A stretch of DNA of 62,267 nucleotides, counting the filler, from Chiloscyllium plagiosum (Eukaryota), in NCBI RefSeq assembly GCF_004010195.1. It is 4 parts of one record of this genome, joined end to end, with 100 filler letters (N's around TTAATTAATTAA, not from the genome) between each part and the next. Parts side by side here need not be neighbours in the genome. Positions count along the whole stretch, not along the records: positions 32,867 to 54,570 come from NC_057717.1; positions 54,671 to 62,267 come from NC_057717.1; 2 more parts are not named here. The stretch is one strand, 5' to 3'. The position numbers and the translations under genes are program-made. This document shows, piece after piece, positions 50,838-62,267 of the stretch (position 1 is its first letter; every line of letters begins with the position of its first letter). The notes beneath the pieces were generated by a model that made no database searches, was not told where the DNA came from, and was given only the letters and a program-made list of their open reading frames with translations.

Positions 50838-53800
50838 AAGGCAATAACAACTGTTGCAGGCAATCACACTTAATTCCAGTTCCACACCAGAATCAGAGAA
50901 ACTGTGTGAAGCAGCCATGAAGATCAAATTGGAAGTTGGGATGGAATGACGGGAGATCAGCACGTGTATTTCCGAGGTTGGGATTGCTTCTGGTCAAAAA
51001 CGTGGCGGAAGGGAATACTTGCCCCCATTTATAATATTATAGCCATAAGCAGAATATGTTGCTGAGACAGCCGATTGGCTCATCTAAAGAGTGTTAAGAC
51101 TTTAACTTTGGGGTGGCAAGGTTCGAAATTTCATTTTCATATTTGGATCCATGTCTTTGACATTGGCAGTAGCAGCTGTCTTTGCTCTCATCCCCTCAGA
51201 ATCTGCTTCATGTTCCCAGTAAATACTGCAACCTGGAGAAGGTGGTGCTGTGGTTATATCATCAACGAGTCATCCTTGTGGACTCAGACACAGAACTCGT
51301 AATGTTAAAATTCGTCGAATAAAACCTGGAATGAAAAGCTGACCTCAGGAACAGAGAACATGAATTTAATTTCCTGCAATCCCATTCATTTGTGGGCGGC
51401 ACGGTGGCAAAGTGGCACAGTGGTTAGCACTGTTGCCTCACAGCGCCAGAGACCCGGGTTCAATTCCTGACTCAGGCGACTGACTGTGTGGGGTTTGCAC
51501 ATTCTCCACGTGTCTGCGTGGGTTTCCTTCGGGTGCTCCGGTTTCCTCCAACAGTCCAAAGTTGTACAGGTCAGGTGAATTGGCCATGCTAAATTGCCTA
51601 TAGTGTTAGGTAAAGGGTTAAATGTAGGGGTATGGGTAGGTTGCGCTTCAGCGGGTCGGTGTGGACTTGTTGGGTCGAAGGGCCTGTTTCCACACTGTAA
51701 GTAATCTAGTCTAACCATGTATGTCCCTTACGCAGGGCATTCTACCATCTTTACCCAATCCTGCCTACTTGTGAATCCAGAACAACGTAGCTGACACTCA
51801 ATCCGAGAATGCCGAACGTGTGTGGACGCAGGCCATTCAGTCCATTCCAGTCGACACCATCCCTCCGAAGCACATCCTATCAGACCCACACTCCATACCT
51901 ATTCCATTCCCCTTCATTTCCCAGGGTTGATCCCAGTAACCTGCACACTTTTAGACTGTGGGAGGAAACTCACACAAGCAAAGAGAATGTGCAATCTGCA
52001 CACAGTCACACGAGACTGGGATCGAATCCATGTCTCTCGTGCAGCGAGACAGCAGCGAATCAGGATGAACAACAAATGCTGTCCTGACCAGCGACATCCA
52101 CACCCTGTGGGCATATCGGGAAGAATAAAAACACATTCACAACATGGACAACGGGACTTGCGTCTGCGTGGACATGATTTGAACCAATCGTTCACTCGGG
52201 GTAGATACAAGGACACGGATATCACAGAGATACCAGGGCAATGCGGGATTCAAATACCTGCTGAAGTGGAAACCCATTTACTCAATCAAATTGGGGACAG
52301 ACTGTTAAACAGTCCCGTGTGTGGGGAGGGCTCAATGATCAAAAAAACCTCCAGAGTAACCAGCCAAGATTACATATCCCACTGAAACTTTCCAATTCAT
52401 TTATCTAAATATCATGTAAACATTGTAAATGTAATTTCATTCATCACTGCCTCAGGAAGTGAATTGCACACATAACCCATCCTCTGTTAAAAACAAGCCT
52501 GTCATGTCTTATTTTAAATCTCTCTCTTTTCAACGAAAACATTTGCCCTGTCGTTTTGAAGTCCCCCTCCTTGAAGAAAAGACAGTTACAGTTAACTCTA
52601 AACGACTCTCAAAAACTTACAAATTTCTATCAGGTCGCCTTTCAAACTCCAGTGCTCGAGTGAAAATATTCGCAGCCTATCCAGCCTTCCGTTTTAACAT
52701 AAACCTTCCCCACTAGCCGTACGCTGGTATACCTCTTTTAAATCTACTCCAGTTTAATAATTTCCTTGCTATGACTTGGCGACAAGAACTGGACGCAGTC
52801 CTCCAGAAGAGACCTCACCCAATATCCTATTCAACTTCAAAACAATACATACCAACTCCTATGCTCAAAGGACTGAGAAACGAATGCAGGATGACATTTT
52901 GTTTAACCATTCTGTCGATATGTAAAGCCAACTAAAAAGAATTATGCACCTGCATTCCTGGCCTCCGTGTTCCACAACACTATGCAACGCCCTATCACTA
53001 ATTGTATAAGCCCTACTCTTATTTGATGTAGCAAACTGCAATACGTTCCATTTATCCAGATAGAACTCCAAGTGACATTTTTCAGCCCAAAGACGCATTG
53101 GATTACGATCCTTCTGGAATCTTAGATCACCTTCTTTACAGTCTCCAATTCTGGTGTCTTCTGTGAGCTTATGAACCATGGCTTCTATGAGTTCCATTGT
53201 TTTCTCATATTGCTCAACGATTTTTAATTATTTGTCGTGGTGATCATTTAGCAGTGTGCAAGTTATGTAATAATTAGTCATGTAGTTAACCATGAGGAAG
53301 ACAGCCAGAGACTGCAGGGAGATTGGAAACAATTGGCAAGAAAATGTGCTGAAAGGAATTAAATCCAGTGAAGTGGGTGTCCATGAACTTGGGGAGGAAC
53401 AATAATAAATGTGTGAATACTGAGTGGTTTACAGTAATAAAAGAGAAATTGAAGTAGGCATTCACGAATGTTTGAAGGGGATTGGGCAAGATATCAAGTA
53501 GGCTCGAGGGGTTGGAGATACTTTCTGTTCTTGATCGCAGGTAGGAATATAAGAGCAGGGAAATGATGCTGGAACTTTAGCAACTGCCTGTTCAGAGATG
53601 AGTCAGAGGACTGGCCACAAGTCTAGTCATTGCATTCATCTTTTTTTATGAAGAATGACAAAATAGAAGATGGAGGGCGGAAATAGACCATTTGGCGCAT
53701 CAAGTCTGGATCAGCACTCAATCTGATCTTCGCTGACAAGGCTCCAAGTCAGGCTTGCACGTTCCTTGGAGGAGAACTTGCAGATGGAAGCATAAGTCCA

Positions 53801-54570
53801 TTAGACAATAGAGCAGAAATTAAACCAGTTAGCGCAGTGTATCTGCTCTGCAATTAAATCATGGCAGATATTTTTTAAACCGAATTCTCCAGCTTTCGCC
53901 CCATAAGCCTTGATGTCCTTGACAACCACGCTGCTACATGCCTCAGTCTTACATATAATCACAGCCCTGGCTTCCACTGCCTTATCTGGCAACGAATTCC
54001 ATGCATTCACCACTCTCTGGCTGAATAAGTGTCCCTTATTACTGCTCTCAAATGTCTTCCCTTTTCTCCAAAGCTGTGCCTTTGGGTTTTATTATCTACT
54101 AAAAATGGAAACACCTTCCACTCTGTCTAGGCGATTTGCGATTCTATAAGTACTAATTAGATTCCTTTTATTCTTCTAAACTTCATTCAGGATTGGCCCT
54201 GGGTCCTCGAACATTCCTCATGTGTCAAGCTTTTCATTTCGGTCACCATAATGGTGAATCAGCTCTGAACACACCCCGACACCAGTGCATCCTTCCTGAA
54301 ATTTGAGGACCAAACATACACACAGTAATCCAGATGTGGTCTGACCAGACTGTTATCGAGCCGCGGAAGTGCATCCCTGCTTTTATATTCAAATATTCCA
54401 AAAATAAATGTCAGCATTGCAGCCGTCATCCAAACTACAGCTTCAATCTGCAAGTTCATCTTAAGAGAATCCTGGGCTAAAATACTCAAGTATCCTTGCA
54501 CTACAGACATGTGCACCTTCGCCCCATTTAGCCAACAGTCCGTGTCTTTATTCTTCCTACCAAAGTGCAA
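50838..54570 (-). repeat. inverted segmental duplication, arm 2
   Basis: Reverse complement of 33944-37618; bounded by gaps at both ends. Confidence 0.95.
51394..51715 (+). mobile_element. near full-length HE1 (V-SINE)
   Basis: GGGCGGCACGGTGGC..CAGTGGTTAGCACTGTTGCCTCACAGCGCCAGAGACCCGGGTTCAATTCC, V-domain TGTGTGGGGTTTGCACATTCTCC..GGGTGCTCCGGTTTCCTCC, CR1-type tail; absent from paralog at about 37065. Confidence 0.92.
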
Positions 54571-54670
54571 NNNNNNNNNNNNNNNNNNNNNNNNNNNNNN
54601 NNNNNNNNNNNNNNTTAATTAATTAANNNNNNNNNNNNNNNNNNNNNNNNNNNNNNNNNNNNNNNNNNNN
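54571..54670. other. artificial scaffold spacer
   Basis: N44-TTAATTAATTAA-N44. Confidence 0.95.
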
Positions 54671-54930
54671 ACTACCTTAGAAGAGGAACTGGCTGAGAAT
54701 TCAGGAGTAGACACGTCTCTCACGGGATGGCTTGAATCCTGGTTTGGAAGATGGAAAGGGGTGGTAGTTTCCATCCTTACTTCCCTGATAGTAGTAGTCG
54801 GGGTTTTGGTAGCCATTGGCTGTTGCATCATATCCTGTATACGAGGGCTCACCCAAAGAAGGATTGAGACAGCCTTAATGAAACAGTTGTCCCTAAAAAG
54901 GAATCAGGCAGAGGAACTTCATTGACTAAA
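54671..54930 (+). pseudogene. env: ERV-A env C-terminus (membrane-spanning domain and tail)
   Basis: EEELAENSGVDTSLTGWLESWFGRWKGVVVSILTSLIVVVGVLVAIGCCIISCIRGL, followed by a PPT and an LTR. Confidence 0.75.
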
Positions 54931-55054
54931 TTATGAGGGGATGAGTGAGACCAAGATGGATGAAATTTTCGGTATGATGCTTGCGAATTTCGGAGGCGAT
55001 GCTTAAAAGAAAGAGGCAGAGATAACAAATGGTAATTAAAGAAACAGGGGAATA

Positions 55055-55783
55055 TGTGGGATATTGGTAAAGTAATGTTACTTCTGCATTTGTAATTGCT
55101 TATACAAAGTAAATGAACTCACACCAGTGTGTAATTGTTTCAGTCAAGCAATGAGTCAACAAGAATGGAAACTATGTGGAGGAAATGCATTTTTTTTGTA
55201 TTAGCCAAAAATGTATGCAAGAAAGAAACGGGACTGCAAAACAATGGTAGATATTACAGGCGACTAGATAAGATGCTGTGAGGAGAGGCGGTTAAGCTAG
55301 ATACGCCTGTACAAACAGTCGGTATAAACATCTGTTTCCCACTTTTACAGAAACGCAGGAACAAACCCCGATTAAAAGGGTCTTAACGATCTGTATGAGA
55401 GGGGCAGCACAGTTGGAGGGAGTAGATAATGTTAAGGAAAGGATGTGCCTAACAATGAACCACAGCAGGATGGGGTCAAACAGCCTTGTGAGGCTAGATA
55501 TAAGCACTTTGTCACAGACAAGGCCGGATAAGGCAAGAGATGAACAGGAGTAATGGGTCTAAGGGAAGTGAAAGATGCAAACGGGGAGGAGCAATGAGAT
55601 TAAAAACAACATAGAAACCAAATTATATAAATATCGAGTATTCTTTGAATTAGATGTGTGTTTGTCCCTTCCTTGTGGACAGTGGACATCACACCCACTT
55701 GCAAGTGTGAAATAAATGACACTACTGATTCAGATTTTGTCTCGGACTGAAATTATTGCAGCGAGTGAGTTTTGTTTCTCACA
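55055..55783 (+). mobile_element. ERV-A 3' LTR (729 bp)
   Basis: Preceded by purine tract AAAGAAACAGGGGAA; TG...CA ends; TATATAAA at 55624; AATAAA at 55711; R/U5 end similar to LTR at 59274-59858. Confidence 0.85.
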
Positions 55784-57715
55784 TTTGTTAGTAAAATACC
55801 GTGTGACCATCGCTGGTTTAGTGTGATAGATTTAAAAGATGTATTCTGGGCTTGTCGTCTAGCCACAGAAAGCTATGACATGTTTGCTTTCGAATGGGAG
55901 GATCCATACACGGGTAGAAAACAGCAGTTCCGCTGGACAGTACTTCCCCAGGGATTCACAGAATCACCTAATTTATTTGGACAAGTTCTAGAGCAAGTCC
56001 TTGAACAATTTACAATGCCCAGGGTGATGATACTGTTACAATATGTGGATGATCTATTTGTATCTGGACTAAAGAGAAATGAGGTGAGCGAGATTACAAA
56101 TAGACTGTTAGATTTTCTAGGGAAACAGGTTCTAACGGTATGCAATAATATGGAGAAAAAGAGAGGTAAAATACTTAGGACACCTCATCAGTGAAGGCAC
56201 GAGGCCCATTAACCCCGAAAGGATTAAAGGAATAACAGAACTACCCCTATCGACCACCAAAAGAGAGTTACGGAAGTTCTTGGGACTAGTGGGCCATTGT
56301 AGATTATGTACAGAAGCGTACGCCCAGAAAATGAAGGGGTTATATTACAAATTGACAGAATCTGAACATGAAAAACTACAATGGACAGAAAAAGAAAAGG
56401 AGGGATTACAGGAATGAAAACAAAACTTGATGCAAGCTCCCGTGTTAGCCCTCCCTTACCTTGAGCAACCCTTCCACCTTTTTATGACAGTAAATAATGG
56501 AGCAGCAGTAGGAGTGCTAACCCAGAAAACTGGAGGAAAGAAACAACCTATAGACTTTTTGTCCAAAATTTTAGACCCTGTCACGAGAGGTTGGCCTGAG
56601 TGCAGACAGGCGGTCGTGGCCACTGCCATTCTAGTAGAGGAGAGCCGCAAACTAACATACGGAGGATCGCCAGTTGTTAGCACCCCCCATCAAGTCAGAC
56701 CAGTGTTAAATCAAAAGTCAGGAAGACTGTTGATGGACTCAAGAATTCGAAAATATGAAGCTACCCTATAGTGGGAGACGATCTGGTGTTAATAACAGAC
56801 GCTGGTTTGAACTCATCCACCTTCATGTGGAAGAGAGAAAACCCTAGACACGTGAGAAATAGAACATAACTGTTTAGATATTATCTCGTATCAGACCAGA
56901 ACAAGAGCAGACTTAAAAGATATTCCCCTACATGAAGGAGGTAGGCTGTTTATATACGGGTCGTCAAGAGTAGTACAAGGAAAAAGACATAATGGATATG
57001 CAGTAGTAGACGGTAGTGAAAACCGCACAGTTGCGGCTGACGGGTTACCTAATACGTGGTCAGCCCAAACTTGCGAATTATATGCCTTAAACCAGGCCTT
57101 AAAGTGATTAGAAAATCGGGATGGGACAATTTTCACTGATTCTAAGTATGCCTATGGGATGGTCCATACCATCGGTAAAATATGGCAAGAAAATGGTGCA
57201 ATAATAGCCGGGGAAAGTTATTAATACACGAAGAGTTGATGGGACAAATGTGAAAAGTTTGGAATTACTCCAGGAAATATCTATTGTCCGTGTACCTGGG
57301 CATCAGAAGGGGACGACTCTAGATGCAAGAGGGGAATTACCAACTGTAGAGTTCAATGATAAGAGTTAAAAAAATTATATTGTGGCACGCCGGGTTTTTT
57401 TTTGTCTGACCTTCGGAAGAAGGGTCTGTTGACCCAGACACCTCCACTTGAGTTCGCCGTACATCGAATACAGCCGGGTGAATGAGTCCTGATCAAAACC
57501 TGGAATGGTTAAAAAACTGCACCCAAACTGGGAGGGACCGTCCCTAACCCTCCTGACTACTGAAACAGCCACTCGAACTGCTGAAAAAGGGTGGAGCCAT
57601 CACACTGGGGTTAAGGGCCCAGTGGACGCGCCTTCCCCTTCTCCAGAGTTACAAGCTCATCTTACAGACAACCCTCTGAAAATCAAGCTGAGTATAAAGC
57701 ATGGACTAAGATAAG
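55784..57715 (+). pseudogene. pol: ERV-B pol: RT, RNase H and integrase C-terminus; integrase core deleted
   Basis: FSVIDLKDVFWAC, WTVLPQGFTESP, LLQYVDDL, APVLALP, SAQTCELYAL, IFTDSKYAYG, VPGHQKG, then PNWEGP..LLTTETA. Confidence 0.92.
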
Positions 57716-57829
57716 AGACTATTAAATATTGGTTCAAAAAATATGGCATCTCAAAACAATTATAAGTGTTGAGTGGATTCACTCCTCACTGGCATACAAA
57801 GGGTTAGGGAATAGACAGATAGGGTAGAT

Positions 57830-59099
57830 GCTGAAATGAGTGGTCAGCTTTATATTGTTATGATAATATTGGCGCTAGCTTCCACGGGGAGTGGGAGAAA
57901 TCATTTTACTGCATTATGGCAGAATTATGCTAAACTAAAAGGGCAGATCAACTGTTGAGTATGTGCGGAGATCCCACAACATGGGATCCAGAATTCCTCT
58001 CACGGTAATACCACTTACCAAAGAAGAAGTGCATGACATACAACAATTTGACTCGGGCTCAAATGATACAAAAAGGGAATTTGAGGGGTGTAATTATAAC
58101 TTTGCGGGACGGTTCACTTGACCAGCCCCGAAAACCCTGAATGCTATCGATGGCCTTAAAGTCTCCCCACCGAAAGGAGTAGTAAATACCACTTGTTTCT
58201 GTAATCAGAATGATACCGCACCCTTCCGATTAGGAAAATCATCTTGTGTCTACACCAGTAAAGCCACTGCCACAACCATTCTCCAAAACTTAAACAGAAC
58301 ATATTGGATATGCTGCCTGAAGTACTATCCATGTATTCCCGGAGAAAAGTACATTTGTGTGACCGAATGTGTAACAATACATGCATGTTATGATGTTGAT
58401 CAACACTGCTTTAAAGCCAGAAAGACTGGAGTGGCTGCTGCTACCTTGCCTACATAATTCCCCATTTGGGACTGTTAGAGAGAGCCCCAAAAATACCTCG
58501 GAATAAACAAGGAGAAGGGCGGGTAACCCGGGAAGTAACCGAAGGGGATCGCCTCCTCTGGACTTTGACACCCATGTATGGGAACGCTCAAGCAGGAGTA
58601 GAAATACGAAAGTAGGCAGCTTCTCTGGAAGAGTTGGCCAAGAGTACTGCCGATGCATTGGCCAAAACCCAATACTAAGTGGCAGCCATAACAATCGAAA
58701 TGATTGCCACTAGACTAACGACCCTTCAGAACAGGATGGCTTTGGATTATATTCTAACAGAGAAGGGTGGTACCTGTGCACGAATTGGAGAGGAATGTTG
58801 TACCTGAGGTCTCTACTAACATTACTGATATCTCCAAATATGTGCAAGACAAAATCGGCAAGATAAGGGAGGGCGGTAATCGGTACCAGAACGAAGAAGG
58901 ATGGGAATGGGGGAATTGGGGATTGACTGTTTGGGGAAGGTGGTTAGTCAATCTAGCTATCTATGGATTATTGATATTAGTGGGTCACGTGGTAGGGTTC
59001 AATGTCCTAAAATGGATAATGAGCCGACTGATGATGTCACTTGGGGAAGGAACCCAAATAACTCATCAGTTGCTTTTACAATCAGCAGGTGGTATGTAA
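57830..59099 (+). pseudogene. env: ERV-B gamma-type env, disrupted
   Basis: Signal-like N-terminus, C*VC (CWVC) at about 57953, RRR furin-like site at about 58510, LQNRMALDYILTEKGGTCARIGEECC (immunosuppressive domain and CX6CC, 58724-58801), TM LAIYGLLILVG. Confidence 0.9.
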
Positions 59100-59273
59100 C
59101 AAAGAGAATGTTAAAGAATGCTTCTAGAGTTCGAGGGACGAACAACACAAATGTAAAATGTAAGATTGTGAACCTCATCGCCAAAAGGCGCAAGGAGGCA
59201 GAAAATAAGATAATGGATGAAAGGAGACTTAGTAAGTGCGGAAACTGCAGATTTTCTTTTCAAAAAGGGGAAT

Positions 59274-59858
59274 TGTGGGAAATAAGAAATGTAGTTTTCT
59301 GCAGGTGATATAGAAATGTAATTGTTCTGTAGATGAGGAGGGGCGAGACATTATACAAACGTTCATGGAATTCTCGTATCATATATTATAATTAAGGCTA
59401 AGACTTCAATGAATATAGGGGTCTTTTAAAGAAATAGTTTAAAAGAAAATAGTTTTAAGCTAGGAAATAACTATGGACTGTTGTAGCTGACCACAAAAGA
59501 AGAAGTAAGGGTATTTTCATAATAAAGCTTATAGTAAGGAATGCAGTCATCCAAGGACATGGACAGCCTGGTACAGAGATAAGGAAAGAGAAAAACATGT
59601 GAAGTAATTATCTTAAGGTTAGTCACAAGTAAAGGCCAAAAATGGAATGAAATGAAATAAATGATTATGATAGGGTAAGAATAGGGAAAAGAGATGTGAG
59701 CCTGCAACTCGCAAACTGTATAGAAATGATTGCTTAACTGATATCTTTGCAATTTCGCCAGGCTAGCGGGGTGCCTGGACTTGCAAGTTTGTAATAAATT
59801 GTCCTTGCTTCCATGGTTTTGTCTCCGGCTGATTTATAAGAGAGTTTTGTTTCTAACA
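59274..59858 (+). mobile_element. ERV-B 3' LTR (585 bp)
   Basis: PPT AAAAAGGGGAA at 59262-59272; starts TGTGGGA; AATAAA at 59793; ends GAGTTTTGTTTCTAACA. Confidence 0.85.
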
Positions 59859-60143
59859 GACCCAACACATCCACACTGACCATTCGAAAAGTATCCCAAC
59901 CAGACCCGTTCAAATACTATCCTATGTTTACTCATGACTAATGCCCCTAACCTACACATCCCTGGGCACTGCAGACAATTCAGCATGGCCAATTCATCTA
60001 ACATCCACACATTTGGACTTTGGGTGGAAACTGAATAATCCGGTGGATACCCTCGCAGACACGGGGAGAATGTGAAACTCCACGCAGACAGTCGCCTGAG
60101 GGTGGACAGGAGCCCAGGTGCCTGGTGCTGTGAGGCAGCAGTG
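59859..60143 (-). mobile_element. HE1 (V-SINE) abutting the LTR
   Basis: Reverse complement of GCACTGCTGCCTCACAGCACCAG..TGCGTGGAGTTTCACATTCTCCCCGTGTCTGCG..GAATTGGCCATGCTG. Confidence 0.88.
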
Positions 60144-61649
60144 CTCGCCTCTGAGTGTTGTGATACTACCCTCTGCTGGCCTCGCCACACCACGGCAGAG
60201 TTTTTTTACTCTCAGAAGATAACAAATCATTTACTGTGAATCTCTCATATTGCACGAATATTTGATTTTTCAATAATATCTTTGGAAGCATAGAGCAGTT
60301 TTGTCCGATATTGAGCAATGTTGTTCCTGCGTCATTAGCAACACTACTGGGCCTTTTTTCAGGAGTTTTCAATACTTTCTCACATAGGTTTTAAGCATTG
60401 CAAGTCACAGAGTGAGAAATTCATTCATCTCATCTCATGACAAAATGGATCACTAAGAGATGAGCATTTCTATTCTGACAGGCCCAAGTATATTTGCAAC
60501 ATTCCATCTACCAGCATTGTGTGTGCAAGCCTGCTCGTGTGTGTGCGCGTGCGTGCGTATGTATTCATGGTGCTGTCAGTTTGGATCGTGCTATGAGCTC
60601 TCTCACTCTCTTTCCCTCCAAGACTCAATCCTCGAGGGTTGTCACTCTCTGCCACTGTCACTGTAGTTGGGTGGGCAGGCCAGCTGAGGGAGAAATTGTT
60701 TCACTTTCAGCACTACAGAGACGGTCAGATCTGCACTTACATATGGATACTCACAGAATCAAATACAGACACACAGGTACGGGTGGTGATGGAGAGATGG
60801 ATATTAGGAGAGGGTGATGTGTCCAGAGGGAGTCAGTCAATAGTGTCGTATTCAAACAGTGTTATTTGTGATAGAGGTATAGTGGAGGCGAAAGAAAGAG
60901 AGACGGTAGGTGTTGTTTGCAGCAGTGAGAGTGGTGGAGCATGAGCCTTGTTTGGAGGTCGGTGCTATAACAGATATACAGTGAGTGTGAGGGAGCAGAG
61001 AGAACACAGTGAGCCTTATCCTGACAGAGCGGGGAAGGTTATTGATGCTTGTCCTTAATTGATGGACATTTGTTCAGTCCACAGATACTGCTCTGAGCTG
61101 GGTGGTGAGCTCAGACCATGCTCGGTGGGTCTGGTGTTGTGGTCCCCTCTGGGAAGAGAATGGTCCCCTCTGTACTAGCCCATCCACCAGGACCTCCGTG
61201 TCCCTGTCGAGAAACCGTGGTGTAATTGCTCCTGACCTGCTTTCCTCGGGATAAACGGTGCAGGGCAGCTCTAAGCTGAGAAAGCTCGACCGTGTGCCCA
61301 TTGCCCTTTTAAAGATGGCACCATTTTTAGGGATCACGGAATATCCAGGGGCATCTGGGCGACGGTGAGTACCTCCAGCCATAATGGGTGGGAGAATCGG
61401 ACTAGCATTGAATGTGAGGGGCACCATGGGGTGGGGTGGGTAGTTAATGAGGTGCATTCGATAGGATAGCGCCAGGAAACTCGATCAGCCTCGTGCAGAC
61501 AATCGTTCTGTCACACTCAATGAAAATGTCATTGAGACAAATTATTGTTAGAATCAACCCAATGGGTCGAAGACTCTGCAGACCCCAATCCCAGTTACAA
61601 AGGTGCAGCTGCATTTCCAATGCAGTCCATCACAGGGAAGGAGCTAAAC

Positions 61650-62030
61650 GTCACCTTACCCTTGGGAAATAAGGTAATGGGGAGGGGGTGGTTGAGGTAT
61701 CAGTAGGGGAGCACTTTATGGCAAATCATCATAATTCTATTAGTTTCAAAATAAAAATGGAAAAGGATGAACCATGCCTAAAACTTAAAGTTCTAAATTG
61801 TTGGAAAGCCAATGTTGATTATATTAATCAAAAATTTTACAAAGTCGATTGGGACAGATATTCGCAGAGAAGGGGGTCAGTTGGGAAGTCGGAAGCCTTC
61901 AACAATGAGACGTTAGTGTGGAGGGTAACGCTGATACATGCAAGAAATGCTGTAGGATTGGAGAAGTTGAGGTTCTGGTCATGGATAAAAGGGAAGAGTA
62001 TGTCAGGTATAGACAGCAGGAATTGAGGGT
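61650..62030 (+). mobile_element. CR1 endonuclease C-terminal fragment
   Basis: EVSVGEHF..HHNSISFKIKMEKD..LN..KAN, homologous to the 42514-42650(-) region. Confidence 0.75.
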
Positions 62031-62042
62031 TTTTTCCCCCTT

Positions 62043-62267
62043 AATTCATTCACGGGATGAGGGCGTCCCTGACTAGGCAAGCATCTATTCCCCATCCCTA
62101 TTTGCCCAGAAGGCAGTTAACAGTCAACCACATTGTTGTGGGTCTGGAGTCACATGTAGGCCAGACCAGGTAAGGATGGCAGATTGTTTCCTTAAAGCGT
62201 GTCAGTGAACCAGATGGATTTTTCTGCCAATTGGGATGGTCATCATTATCCTCTTAATTCTTGATTT
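62043..62267 (-). mobile_element. second-family SINE, runs off window end
   Basis: Reverse complement of 15160-15320-type sequence (TCTGGAGTCACATGTAGGCCAGACCAGGTAAGGATGGCAG). Confidence 0.8.

Noticed and set aside
55055..59858. Single intact provirus bounded by two LTRs
   Set aside because: The LTRs differ over U3; the first is preceded by env and PPT and is not followed by a PBS or gag

Overview
Vertebrate, repeat-dense, gene-poor DNA, almost certainly from a cartilaginous fish (shark). This is inferred from HE1/V-SINEs, abundant CR1 LINEs and Penelope-like elements. I find no intact host protein-coding gene. The backbone is a decayed tRNA-gene cluster with about 20 recognisable pseudo-tRNAs (iMet, Pro, Ala, Asn, Val, Leu, His, Asp, Ser, Thr). 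It was amplified by direct and inverted segmental duplication, and an iMet(-)/His(+)/SINE/CR1/Asp(+) module occurs three times. Layered on it are many CR1 fragments, two SINE families, a Rex1/Babar-like fragment and three defective class I endogenous retrovirus segments, one apparently nested in another. There are also two families of Penelope-like (RT + GIY-YIG) elements. Their short terminal-repeat derivatives carry minimal hammerhead-ribozyme motifs and appear as 130-200 bp insertions with target-site duplications; one of these has an empty site in a paralogous copy inside the window. Three 100-bp N44-TTAATTAATTAA-N44 spacers are artificial scaffold joins, so long-range order across them is unreliable. 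All family assignments come from motif recognition by eye, not from database searches.
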